Below, one piece after another: positions 42,798 through 53,845 of a stretch of DNA of 64,000 nt (position 1 is its first letter; every line of letters starts with the position of its first letter). The stretch is from the NCBI GenBank assembly GCA_965215505.1, contig OZ244065.1, positions 5,664,001 to 5,728,000 of the forward strand. Direction: 5' to 3'. The notes under the pieces were generated by a model that was given only the letters and a program-made list of their open reading frames with translations, was not told the DNA's origin and did not search any database. The stretch comes from Capsulimonadaceae bacterium. GTDB lineage: Bacteria > Armatimonadota > Armatimonadia > Armatimonadales > Capsulimonadaceae. The translations under genes were made by a program, and so were the position numbers.

Positions 42798-43757
42798 CTA
42801 CCACGCATAGTCTTCCGGGGCCGTCTTGTGGCCGGGGAAGATCTCGTCCAGCTTCTTGGAGGTCTCGTCGCTGATGACGATCTCCATCGCGCGCAGCGAC
42901 CCATCAAGCTGCTCCTGCGTGCGTGGCCCGATGATCGGGGCGGTCACGACCGGGTTCTTCAGCAGCCAGGCCAGGGCCATGTCGGCGGGCTTCTCGCCGA
43001 TGTCTTTGCACAGGCCCTCCCAGGCTTCCAGCTTGGGGCGGTTCGCCTCGACGTTCTTCTGCATCCCCTCCGAGGAGCGCCGCCCCTCGCTGGCCTTCTG
43101 CAAGACGCCGCCGAGCAGGCCCCCCGCCAGCGGCGACCAGGGGATCAGGCCCAGGCCGTACTTCTCGCAGGCGGGGATCACTTCCAGCTCCACCATCCTT
43201 GCGTTCAGGTTGTACAAGCTCTGCTCGGACACCAGGCCCAGGAAATTGCGCTGCCGAGCGATCTCGCACCCCTGCGCGATGTGCCAGCCGGCGAAGTTCG
43301 AGGTGCCGAAGTACAGCACTTTGCCCTGGGCCACCAGCGTCTCGAAGGCCTGATAGATCTCCTCCCAGGGCGTGTCCCGGTCCACATGGTGCATCTGGTA
43401 CAGGTCAATGTAGTCGGTCTTCATCCGCTGAAGGCTGGCGTCACAGCCCCGGCGGATGTTGAGCGCGGACAGCTTGCCGTTGTTCGGCCAGTCGTCCATG
43501 TTGCCGTAGACCTTGGTGGCGAGGACGGTCTTCTCGCGCCTCCCGCCCCCCTGCGCGAACCAGTTGCCGATGATCCGCTCGGTCGCGCCCCGCCCGCCGT
43601 AGCCGTTGGCGGTGTCGAAGAAGTTGATGCCCAGCGTCAGGGCGTGGTCCATGATCGCGTGGCTGTCCGGCTCCGAGGTCTGCGGGCCGAAGTTCATGGT
43701 GCCGAGGCACAGCGGGCTGACCCGCAGGCCGGTGCGGCCTAGTCTGACGTAATCCAT
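42798..43757 (-). CDS. Aldo/keto reductase
   Basis: LGRTGLRVSPLCLGTMNFG, GINFFDTANGY, DYIDLYQMH, IPWSPLAGG. Confidence 0.95.
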   Translation of the reverse strand: MDYVRLGRTGLRVSPLCLGTMNFGPQTSEPDSHAIMDHALTLGINFFDTANGYGGRGATERIIGNWFAQGGGRREKTVLATKVYGNMDDWPNNGKLSALNIRRGCDASLQRMKTDYIDLYQMHHVDRDTPWEEIYQAFETLVAQGKVLYFGTSNFAGWHIAQGCEIARQRNFLGLVSEQSLYNLNARMVELEVIPACEKYGLGLIPWSPLAGGLLGGVLQKASEGRRSSEGMQKNVEANRPKLEAWEGLCKDIGEKPADMALAWLLKNPVVTAPIIGPRTQEQLDGSLRAMEIVISDETSKKLDEIFPGHKTAPEDYAW

Positions 43758-43805
43758 CGTGTGTTCTCTCCTTTAGCCTTTCAGTCTTTGAGCCAGGCGT
43801 CGGCG

Positions 43806-44639
43806 CTACTTCGCCTCTTCCGGGCTGTGTTCGCGCAGCCAGGCGCGCAGGGGCACGTCTTTGTCGCCCGGCGAGTAGTAGCCGTTCGCGCCCGTGCCCG
43901 CGCCGAGCATCTGCCGCCGGATCGGGTCGCTGCCTTCCCACAGGCTTTGCACGGTCATGTCGTCTTTCGTCCGCAGCCAGCGGTAGCCGTAGCCGTAGAA
44001 CAGGACCTTGCGCGTCACGTCCGACCAGTTCGGGCTGGCCGTGTGCCACAGCCTCCGGTCGAAGAAGACGGCCGAACCAGGCTCCGCCAACACCGGCACC
44101 GCGCCCGCCGGCTGCCCCATGCCGCCCGCCGGCTGCTCCAACTCGTCCCGGTCCTGGCTGCCGGGGATGACCCAGAAGTTCCCCCGGCCTGGCTCGGTCG
44201 TGTCCGACAGGAAGTAGGCCACCTTCAGCGACAGGCGGGGGCGCGGGTGGCCCTCCATCTCCTGGTTGACGCGCCCACTGTCCTGGTGCCAGCCGAAGGT
44301 CTTGTCGCCGCGCTCCTGCCCGGACGGCGGGGTCACGATCAGGTGGCCGTGGTAGAGGTAGATGTTCCACCCCAGGATGCCCCACACTTTGGGCAGGATC
44401 TTCGGGTGATCCACGAGGCCGAGGTACTGAGGGTCGTCGGGGATGAAGTTCGGATAGAACAGCGCCGCCTTCGGGTCGTGTCCCCGCGCGACGTGCCGTT
44501 CGTACACCTGGTCCGTCGCCGCCGTCAGCGACCGGACCTGTTCGGGCGTCAGCGCGTCCTCGACGACGAGTATCCCTGTCTCCTCGAACGTCCGCCGCTC
44601 CGCGTCCGTCAGGCGATGCTCCAAGCAGGAAGGGTCCAT
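43806..44639 (-). CDS. Phytanoyl-CoA dioxygenase family protein
   Basis: WHQD, LKVAYFLSD, VIPGS, PGSAVFFDRRLWH, R.VLFYGY. Confidence 0.88.
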   Translation of the reverse strand: MDPSCLEHRLTDAERRTFEETGILVVEDALTPEQVRSLTAATDQVYERHVARGHDPKAALFYPNFIPDDPQYLGLVDHPKILPKVWGILGWNIYLYHGHLIVTPPSGQERGDKTFGWHQDSGRVNQEMEGHPRPRLSLKVAYFLSDTTEPGRGNFWVIPGSQDRDELEQPAGGMGQPAGAVPVLAEPGSAVFFDRRLWHTASPNWSDVTRKVLFYGYGYRWLRTKDDMTVQSLWEGSDPIRRQMLGAGTGANGYYSPGDKDVPLRAWLREHSPEEAK

Positions 44640-44751
44640 GAGGTGTTCCTTTCGTGAGGTCTACTATAGCGCAGGCCGGGGCCGGTGTCAAGCGTCAGGC
44701 CGGTTTGCCCAGGGCGATTGTATATCGACGTTACTCGCGTGGCGTAACCCG

Positions 44752-44903
44752 ACCATGCCATGAATGGCATGGGCTATTCAGCGAAGACGCTACAAACCCC
44801 CGCTTCGCGGGGCTAAGACTCTTCCTCCGACTTCTTTCCGAGTGCCGCGAAGCGGTACTTCTTGGCGTCCTCGCCGCGTAGCCGTGCGTTTCAACGCATG
44901 GTG
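44752..44903. repeat. Composite palindromic repeat (REPIN/MITE-like)
   Basis: Outer arms CCATGCCATGAATGGCATGGGCTA / TAGCCGTGCGTTTCAACGCATGG; inner CCGCTTCGCGG / CCGCGAAGCGG. Confidence 0.6.
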
Positions 44904-44928
44904 GGGGTTAAATGCGATTGCCCTGCCG

Positions 44929-44954
44929 GTTTGCCGGTCTACCGGCGCGGGAAT
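44929..44954 (+). promoter_or_regulatory. SigB/SigF-like promoter
   Basis: GTTTGC-14 bp-GGGAAT upstream of aldo/keto reductase. Confidence 0.5.
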
Positions 44955-44983
44955 ACTTCCAATTGGACAAGGAGCATCACACC

Positions 44984-45853
44984 ATGGCAAACTTTACACC
45001 CGACGCTGCCGCCTCCGGCACCTTCACCATCGGCGGCGACCTGACCGTCAACCGCCTCGCCTTCGGCGCGATGCGGATCACCGGCAAAGGCATCTGGGGC
45101 GAGCCGAAGGACCCTGCCGAGGCGAAGCGCGTCCTGAAACGCGCCGTTGAGCTTGGCGTCAATTTCATCGATACGGCGGACTCGTATGGCCCGGAAGTCT
45201 CCGAAGACCTGATCGCCGAAGCCCTGGCCCCGTACCCCGCCGGGCTGGTCATCGCGACAAAGGGCGGCCTGACACGCCAGGGGCCGGACCAGTGGCTGCC
45301 GGTGGGCCGGCCCGAGTACCTACGTCAGTGCGTCGAGATGAGCCTGCGGCGGCTGAAGACGGACACGATCGACCTCTATCAGCTCCACCGCATTGACCCG
45401 AAAGTGCCCGCCGAGGAGACATTAGGGGCGCTGAAGGACTTGCAGACGCAGGGCAAGATCCGCCACATCGGCCTGTCCGAAGTCACCATGGAAGAGCTGG
45501 AACACGCCCAGACCATCGTGGACGTTGTTTCGGTGCAGAATCTCTACAACCTGACCGACCGCAAGGCTGAGAAGCTGCTGGACCACTGCACCGAGAAGAA
45601 TATCGGCTTCATCCCCTGGTTCCCCGTCGCGGCGGGCGATCTGGCCCGCCCCGGCGGCGTGCTGGACGAGGCCGCGAAGAAGCACGACGCCACCATCGCG
45701 CAGCTCGCGTTGGCCTGGCTGCTCAAGCGCTCGCCCGTGATGCTCCCCATCCCCGGCACGTCTTCGGTGGCCCACCTGGAGGAGAACGTGGCGGCGTCTT
45801 CACTGCAACTCACCGATGAGGAGTTCGACGCCCTGAGTGCCCTCAGCAAGTAG
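44984..45853 (+). CDS. Aldo/keto reductase
   Basis: [52 protein letters not shown]. Confidence 0.95.
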   Translation: MANFTPDAAASGTFTIGGDLTVNRLAFGAMRITGKGIWGEPKDPAEAKRVLKRAVELGVNFIDTADSYGPEVSEDLIAEALAPYPAGLVIATKGGLTRQGPDQWLPVGRPEYLRQCVEMSLRRLKTDTIDLYQLHRIDPKVPAEETLGALKDLQTQGKIRHIGLSEVTMEELEHAQTIVDVVSVQNLYNLTDRKAEKLLDHCTEKNIGFIPWFPVAAGDLARPGGVLDEAAKKHDATIAQLALAWLLKRSPVMLPIPGTSSVAHLEENVAASSLQLTDEEFDALSALSK

Positions 45854-45897
45854 GGAGGCGATTCATCGCGCCCGCGAGGATTTGGAGGGCGGATAAG

Positions 45898-45962
45898 GAG
45901 GGCGGTGTCCCCCGCCCCTACGTTCCGAAATCCGCGTAGGGGCGAACCCATGTGTCCGCCCT
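45898..45962. repeat. GTAG-type REP pair between convergent genes
   Basis: GAGGGCGGTGTCCCCCGCCCCTAC and GTAGGGGCGAACCCATGTGTCCGCCCT. Confidence 0.72.
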
Positions 45963-45989
45963 TCTTTTCCTGTCCGCCTTTGCCAACCC

Positions 45990-46751
45990 TCAGTACCCGA
46001 ACGTCTCCCGCAAATAGCGGCGGCTGATCGCGATACTCTCTCGCGGGTCCATTTTTGTCGTGTCCTGCTCCACCATCACCCACCGGACGCCGGGCAGATC
46101 CGGTAGCACTTTCATTACGGAAGCGGTATCCACCTGCCCCCGCCCTAACTCGCACCAGCCGTCCGCGTTGTAGTCCTTGAAGTGCAGGTAGCCGACCCGG
46201 TCCTTGTGTTGCATCAGGTACGTCGCTGGGTCGGACCCGCCCTTCGTGACCCAAGCGATATCTACGCACAGGTCCACCGCTTCGGGGTCCAGCCCTTCCA
46301 GCAGGAGGTCCATGCCCGTCTTTTCCCCGTCCACCGCCTCGAACTCGAAGTCATGGTGGTGGTAGTGGAGGTGGATGCCCTCGCGGCGGAACGCGCGCCC
46401 CGCCTCGTTCAGAACCTTAATCGCGGCACGGTAGTCATCAGCGCTGCGGTCGTTCCAGACCCGCAGGCCCGAATTGCAGATGTCGTGGCTGTCCACGGCC
46501 TTCAAATAGGCGATCAGGGGCGCTACGTCATCCAGGGACGGGAGCAGGACATGTGAGCCGCCGTAGCGCAGGCCGCGCGAGTCCAGGGCGCGGCGGTAGG
46601 CGGCGGCGTCGCGCGCCCCGCCCTCGACGGCGGCGTAGCCGGCCTCCGCGACGCTGTCCAGGACCAGGTCGGTCTGCGTGTTGATGTCGTACTTCAAGGC
46701 AGGATTGCCGCCGAAGACCATGAGCTGTGCGCCCAGCATTGGGAGTGGCAT
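45990..46751 (-). CDS. Sugar phosphate isomerase/epimerase (TIM barrel)
   Basis: GYAAVEG, YHHHDFEF, VDIAW, YLHFKD, ELGRG.VD, VEQD. Confidence 0.9.
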   Translation of the reverse strand: MPLPMLGAQLMVFGGNPALKYDINTQTDLVLDSVAEAGYAAVEGGARDAAAYRRALDSRGLRYGGSHVLLPSLDDVAPLIAYLKAVDSHDICNSGLRVWNDRSADDYRAAIKVLNEAGRAFRREGIHLHYHHHDFEFEAVDGEKTGMDLLLEGLDPEAVDLCVDIAWVTKGGSDPATYLMQHKDRVGYLHFKDYNADGWCELGRGQVDTASVMKVLPDLPGVRWVMVEQDTTKMDPRESIAISRRYLRETFGY

Positions 46752-46839
46752 ATGAATACTCCTTCAAGGATTGCTGAGGGCCTTGTTGGCGAAATGTAGG
46801 CCGGTTTCCTGCCTGTTCGGCTCGAATCTCCTGTTATAT

Positions 46840-46868
46840 TTGACGGGTAAGGGAATGTGCGTTATAAT
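46840..46868 (+). promoter_or_regulatory. Sigma70-like promoter (probably leaderless transcript)
   Basis: TTGACG-17-TATAAT, GTG start 6 nt downstream. Confidence 0.7.
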
Positions 46869-46874
46869 AACCGT

Positions 46875-47543
46875 GTGGACATACTAAAGCAGACCTCCCG
46901 TTCCGGCCTCCTGCCCTTCGCCCTTTGCGTTTTCCTGGTGAGGCAAGCGGGCGCGGCGCCCGCCCCGCCCGCCCCGGTGCCGCCTTCCTACGCCGAATCC
47001 CCGGAGATCCGCCGTCTGCTGCACTGGGAGCATTTCCCGCTCCACGTCTGCTTCGTGCCGGGGGACCTGACGACCAAGGAGCGGACCGACGCCGTGGAAG
47101 CCGGGTTCGACCAGTGGGTGCATGCCACCAAAGACTTTGTCCAGTATCAAGTCGTGACCAAGCCGGCACAGGCCGAGATCGTGGTGACGTTCCTGCCCCT
47201 AGACAGCGTGCCCGACCAGAGCGGGTCGTGTGGACACACGAAAATGACTTTCCTCACGCTGACTTTGAAATCGGCGGCCGTCTCGCTGGCGACGACGGGC
47301 GTCACGCCCGCCGACCTTCAGGCGACCGCCGCCCACGAGTTCGGCCACGCCCTGGGCATCGACGGCCACAGCGACGATCCCGACGACCTCATGTACGCCG
47401 TCCTGACTCACTCGCCGGACGGTGAGCTGCCGGTCCCCGCGCACGACGTCACGGCGCGCGATCTGAACACCCTCAAAGTCTGCTACCCCGCTTTCATCGT
47501 TCCCCCTCCGCCTCCCGCCCCGGCCCACGCCCCGCCGGACTAA
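46875..47543 (+). CDS. Secreted matrixin-family metalloprotease, copy 1
   Basis: HEFGHALGIDGHS..DLM Met-turn; signal peptide. Confidence 0.88.
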   Translation: MDILKQTSRSGLLPFALCVFLVRQAGAAPAPPAPVPPSYAESPEIRRLLHWEHFPLHVCFVPGDLTTKERTDAVEAGFDQWVHATKDFVQYQVVTKPAQAEIVVTFLPLDSVPDQSGSCGHTKMTFLTLTLKSAAVSLATTGVTPADLQATAAHEFGHALGIDGHSDDPDDLMYAVLTHSPDGELPVPAHDVTARDLNTLKVCYPAFIVPPPPPAPAHAPPD

Positions 47544-47597
47544 CCGCACCCGACCCACCGAGTTGACGCGCGGGCGGCCGTGTGTCATACTGGAGGC

Positions 47598-48230
47598 ATG
47601 TGGCGCGTTGTCCCGATCTGCCTCCTGTCGTTGGCGCTTTCCGTGCCCGCCTGCCCCGCCCGCGACGTGCCCGTGCGTCCCGACTACACGCACGCGCCCG
47701 GACTGCGCGCGCTGCTGCACTGGGAACGCTTCCCGCTGCGCGTCTCCTTCCCGGCGGGCCGGCTGGCGACGCGGGAGCGCAAGGCGCTCGCCCTGGCTGG
47801 ATTCGACGAGTGGGTGCAGGCCACGCGCGGTGCCGTCTCCTATGAGGTCGTTCCCACTGCCTCGCCGGGCGACCTCACCGTCATTTTCCTGCCACACCCT
47901 TCCGCCGTCTCTCCCCCCGTAGGCGGGCTGACGACGCTGACCCGCGCCGGGGCCGTCTTGAAGAAGGCCGCCATGTCCCTCACCGAACGGGACGAGGACC
48001 CGGCCGCCTTCCAGGCCACGGCGGCCCACGAGTTCGGCCACGCCCTGGGCATCGACGGCCACAGCGACGACCCCGACGACATCATGTTCCCGGTGATGAG
48101 CCTCCCCCGGCCCCTGGTCAGGAACGACGAGACCGACCCGCCGCCCCCCGTCCGCGGCGTGACGCGGCGTGACCTCAACACCCTCCGAGCCGCCTATCCC
48201 GGCCTCGCATTTGCCCCCGCGAAACATTGA
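47598..48230 (+). CDS. Secreted matrixin-family metalloprotease, copy 2
   Basis: HEFGHALGIDGHS..DIM; own TTGACG-17-CATACT promoter at 47563-47591. Confidence 0.88.
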   Translation: MWRVVPICLLSLALSVPACPARDVPVRPDYTHAPGLRALLHWERFPLRVSFPAGRLATRERKALALAGFDEWVQATRGAVSYEVVPTASPGDLTVIFLPHPSAVSPPVGGLTTLTRAGAVLKKAAMSLTERDEDPAAFQATAAHEFGHALGIDGHSDDPDDIMFPVMSLPRPLVRNDETDPPPPVRGVTRRDLNTLRAAYPGLAFAPAKH

Positions 48231-48281
48231 CAAAGGCCCCCGCTTCTGGGTACACTATATCCGACAAGATTAGTCGGCAAT
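48227..48281 (+). promoter_or_regulatory. suf promoter with IscR/Rrf2-like operator
   Basis: TTGACA(48227)-18-TACACT(48251) then ATATCCGACAAGATTAGTCGGCAAT 48257-48281. Confidence 0.78.
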
Positions 48282-48325
48282 AGCCGGCGATTCGACTGTG
48301 CGTTTTAGAAGTGCGAGGAGCGACC

Positions 48326-49771
<1,446 letters not shown>

Positions 49772-49782
49772 GGGAAAACAAG

Positions 49783-50220
49783 ATGCCGTATCCTGACCAG
49801 CGCGATTTGGTTCGTGCGCTCATCCTGAACGATCATACTGAGCTTAAAGACACTCCGCTGGCTTTGGCGATTTACTTTAAGTCGCGCCAGTGGCCCAACG
49901 AGGAATGCGTCTTTGAAGTCTTGCATCGTTTCGGTCTTGATGAGGTCAGTGAGGTCAGGTCTGTTTTCCAGATACAGTTCGGGGCGACGCAGAACTTCCC
50001 TCTGCCCGACGGCGACCGCCTGCATCTTTTCCTTTCCAATCCGATCGAGATGATGTATGCCATAGAACACGGCTGGCCTGAGATCCACGATCTCGTGAGG
50101 GCGATCCAAGCGGGCAGTTATGAAGTGATCTATGGCTGCCCGGATGACCCGAGTGCGGATCAGGTACTGGCCGCGCTCAAAGGGTTCGCGAATGCACTGT
50201 CGCTGGCTGCTGTTGCATGA
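49783..50220 (+). CDS. Hypothetical protein coupled to HEPN gene
   Basis: 145-aa ORF, ATGA overlap with next gene, atypical codon usage. Confidence 0.7.
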   Translation: MPYPDQRDLVRALILNDHTELKDTPLALAIYFKSRQWPNEECVFEVLHRFGLDEVSEVRSVFQIQFGATQNFPLPDGDRLHLFLSNPIEMMYAIEHGWPEIHDLVRAIQAGSYEVIYGCPDDPSADQVLAALKGFANALSLAAVA

Positions 50221-50732
50221 AACAGTCAGACGCATGGCTGGTACAGGCGGCGGCGGACCTGTCCGCGGGAGAGAAACTGTTCCAGCAAGACGATTCCACC
50301 TCATACTGTCAGGCTATCGCCAAGTATCAGCAGACTGTGGAGAAGGCGGTCAAGGCAATGGTTGCCGCCGTCAATGACCTCGGCAGCAACCTTGCGATCA
50401 CGCCAAATCATATGCCTATCGCAGAGATCGATGGCTTGTTGTCTCTCCGCAGGGCGATTGACAATGCTTCCGTGAGACGCCTGGCAAAGATATTTGAACT
50501 GCACAGGAGCGCGGTTGAAGAGCTGTGCCGTTTCGCGCCGCGCTGGCCGGAAGATGGCAAGGGTTTCGCAAGAAACACGGAATACCCTTTTCTTCGTGAC
50601 GGAGAGTGGACCGCGCCCGTTGTGCAAGGATCATTCACACTTCAAGAAGCGAAACGCGCACAGGCGACTGCACGGGCGGTTCACAAAGCGGCAAATGACT
50701 TTGCGGTTGCGATCAGATTAGGTCCATCCTGA
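50217..50732 (+). CDS. HEPN-like domain protein
   Basis: WLVQAAADL, KYQQTVEKAVKAM, NH, RNTEYPF. Confidence 0.7.
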   Translation: MKQSDAWLVQAAADLSAGEKLFQQDDSTSYCQAIAKYQQTVEKAVKAMVAAVNDLGSNLAITPNHMPIAEIDGLLSLRRAIDNASVRRLAKIFELHRSAVEELCRFAPRWPEDGKGFARNTEYPFLRDGEWTAPVVQGSFTLQEAKRAQATARAVHKAANDFAVAIRLGPS

Positions 50733-50757
50733 AAACCAACGACAAGAAAGAGACACC

Positions 50758-51003
50758 ATGGCAAGCAAATACATCATCCAAGTCACCGGCTGGCCCGACC
50801 ACGCGCACGAAGTCGTGACGCACACCGAGCAGGAAGCCCAGGTCAAGGCCGAGGAGCTGGTCAAGAAGTCCAACGCCGAGGGCGTTCCCCTGAAGGCGCA
50901 CGGCGGGCGGCACGACGGCAAAGACCACCATTGGCAGGGCACGAATGAGAACGGCCACCCGCGCGAGATCAAGATCGTCGTCGGCCAGGGCAAGGTTTCT
51001 TAA
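50758..51003 (+). CDS. Small His-rich hypothetical protein
   Basis: 81 aa, host-like G/C-ending codons, between sufB and sufC. Confidence 0.75.
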   Translation: MASKYIIQVTGWPDHAHEVVTHTEQEAQVKAEELVKKSNAEGVPLKAHGGRHDGKDHHWQGTNENGHPREIKIVVGQGKVS

Positions 51004-51027
51004 GGTTTAGAGAAGGACGAAGACACA

Positions 51028-51813
<786 letters not shown>

Positions 51814-51930
51814 TTTCCGGCTAGTTTTCGGCCGCGGGCGTTTTCCGGCACTAGAAGCGCCGGCCCACTGTTATGGTATCAGTTGGCCGGCGTTCCCGGT
51901 GCCGGGCTTGTATTGAACAGAGCGATGCTT

Positions 51931-53262
51931 ATGACTACAGACACTATCACAGCGACCAACAGCTACCTGCGCGATTTCACAGGCACCGACGCTGGCAGCG
52001 ATGCGCCAGGCCCCGTCTGGTTGCGCGCCTTGCGCGCTCGGGCCGCCGAGCGCTTCGCCGCCGTCGGCTTCCCGACCCGGCGCAACGAGGAGTGGCGCTT
52101 CACCAATGTCTCGCCCATCGTCGAGACGCCGTTTGCGCTGGCGGCCGAGGCCCAGAGCCAGCTCACAGCCGACGGCCTGCTCCCGTTCACCTATGAGGGC
52201 ATGGGCGGGACGCAGCTCGTGTTCGTCAACGGCCACTTCCACGCCGACCTTTCCAGCGCGGCTTTCCCGGCGGGCGTCGTCGTCAGCAGCCTCGCCTCGG
52301 CGATGGCGGCCTACCCGGAGTTGGTGGAAGCCCACTTGGGCCGTCTGGCCGGGTTCGACACGCAGGCGTTTGTCGCCCTGAACACGGCCGCCCTGGAAGA
52401 CGGCGCGTTCGTCCATATCAAGCGCGGCGTCGTCGTTGACGAGCCGATCCACCTGCTGTTCGTCTCCGTGCCTGAGGCTGGTCCGACTGTGTCCCACCCG
52501 CGCACGCTGATCGTCGCCGAGGAGAACTGTCAGGCCACCATCGTCGAGAGCTATTCGGGGGCCGCCGACCAGGTTTACTTCACCAACGCCGTGACTGAAG
52601 TGGTGGTGGCCGAGAACGCCGTCCTGGACCACTATAAAGTTCAGCGCGAGAGCCTGAAGGCTTATCACGTCGCCACGATGCAGCTCCAGATCGCCCGCAG
52701 TGCGAACTTCTCCAGCCACTCCATCGCGCTTGGCGGCCTGCTCGTCCGCAACGACGCCAACGCCTATCTCGGCGGCGAGGGCATCGAGTGTACCTTGAAC
52801 GGCGTTTATCTCGGCACCGGGCGACAGATTATTGACAACCACACCGCCATTGACCATGCCATGCCCCACTGCAACAGCCACGAGGTCTACAAAGGCATCC
52901 TGGACGACCATTCGCGCGGCGTCTTCAACGGCAAGATCTTCGTCCGGCAGGATGCCCAGAAGACCGACGCCAAGCAGACCAATCAAACCTTGCTTCTGTC
53001 GCCGACGGCCCAGATAGACACCAAGCCGCAGCTTGAGATCTTCGCAGACGACGTGAAATGTACGCACGGTGCGACCATCGGCCAGTTGTCCGACGAGGCC
53101 ATGTTCTACCTGCGCGCGCGGGGCATCCCGCAGGACCAGGCCCGTGCCCTGCTGACCTACGCCTTCGCCAGCGACATCGTCAGCCGCATCAAGGTGGACG
53201 CCATCCGCGCCCAGCTTGATCAGGTCCTCCTGGCCGACCGCGGCTTGCAGGGCTTGGCCTGA
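51931..53262 (+). CDS. sufD: Fe-S assembly protein SufD
   Basis: EEWRFT, FNGKIFVRQDAQKTDA, KPQLEIFADDVKCTHGAT, FYLRARGI. Confidence 0.96.
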   Translation: MTTDTITATNSYLRDFTGTDAGSDAPGPVWLRALRARAAERFAAVGFPTRRNEEWRFTNVSPIVETPFALAAEAQSQLTADGLLPFTYEGMGGTQLVFVNGHFHADLSSAAFPAGVVVSSLASAMAAYPELVEAHLGRLAGFDTQAFVALNTAALEDGAFVHIKRGVVVDEPIHLLFVSVPEAGPTVSHPRTLIVAEENCQATIVESYSGAADQVYFTNAVTEVVVAENAVLDHYKVQRESLKAYHVATMQLQIARSANFSSHSIALGGLLVRNDANAYLGGEGIECTLNGVYLGTGRQIIDNHTAIDHAMPHCNSHEVYKGILDDHSRGVFNGKIFVRQDAQKTDAKQTNQTLLLSPTAQIDTKPQLEIFADDVKCTHGATIGQLSDEAMFYLRARGIPQDQARALLTYAFASDIVSRIKVDAIRAQLDQVLLADRGLQGLA

Positions 53263-53825
53263 TGCGGTACGGCGCGCTGACCGAACTCCCGCCCGGCCTG
53301 CCGGTGCCGGAGGACGACGGCGCGGCGTCGCACCTTCCGGGGATGGCGCTGCCGCCGGTGACGCTCCCCGCTACTGACGGCGGCGGCGTTGACCTCGCCG
53401 GCCTGACGGGCAGGAGTGTCGTCTTCTGCTACCCGCGCACCGGCCAGCCGGGTCAGCCGCCCCTGGTGGGCGAGTGGGACCTCATACCGGGCGCGCGGGG
53501 CTGCACGCCGCAGACCTGCGCTTTCCGCGACCTTCACGCCGAGTTCGCCGCCCTCGGGGCGGGGGTGTTCGGCCTGAGCAGCCAGGACACAGCCTACCAG
53601 AAGGAAGTGGCGGAGCGGCTTCACCTGCCGTTCCCGATCCTAAGCGACGAGCGCCTGGAGTTCACGTCCGCCCTACGCCTGCCGACGTTCGAGGTGGGCG
53701 GCGAGACGCTGCTGAAGCGCCTGGCCTTCATCGCCCTTGACGGGCGAATCGAGAAGGTCTTTTACCCGGTCTTCCCGCCGGACAAGAACGCGGACGAGGT
53801 GCTGACATGGCTACGGCGACATTAG
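53262..53825 (+). CDS. Peroxiredoxin (BCP-like)
   Basis: YPRTG..GARGCTPQTCAFRD, LHLPFPILSD, YPVFPPD. Confidence 0.9.
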   Translation: MRYGALTELPPGLPVPEDDGAASHLPGMALPPVTLPATDGGGVDLAGLTGRSVVFCYPRTGQPGQPPLVGEWDLIPGARGCTPQTCAFRDLHAEFAALGAGVFGLSSQDTAYQKEVAERLHLPFPILSDERLEFTSALRLPTFEVGGETLLKRLAFIALDGRIEKVFYPVFPPDKNADEVLTWLRRH

Positions 53826-53845
53826 AAACGCGACCTGTGACACGA

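Noticed and set aside
51814-51924. Short repeats and possible internal promoter between sufC and sufD
   Set aside because: Weak TAGTTT(T)CCGGC-like duplication and no convincing -35; insufficient support.
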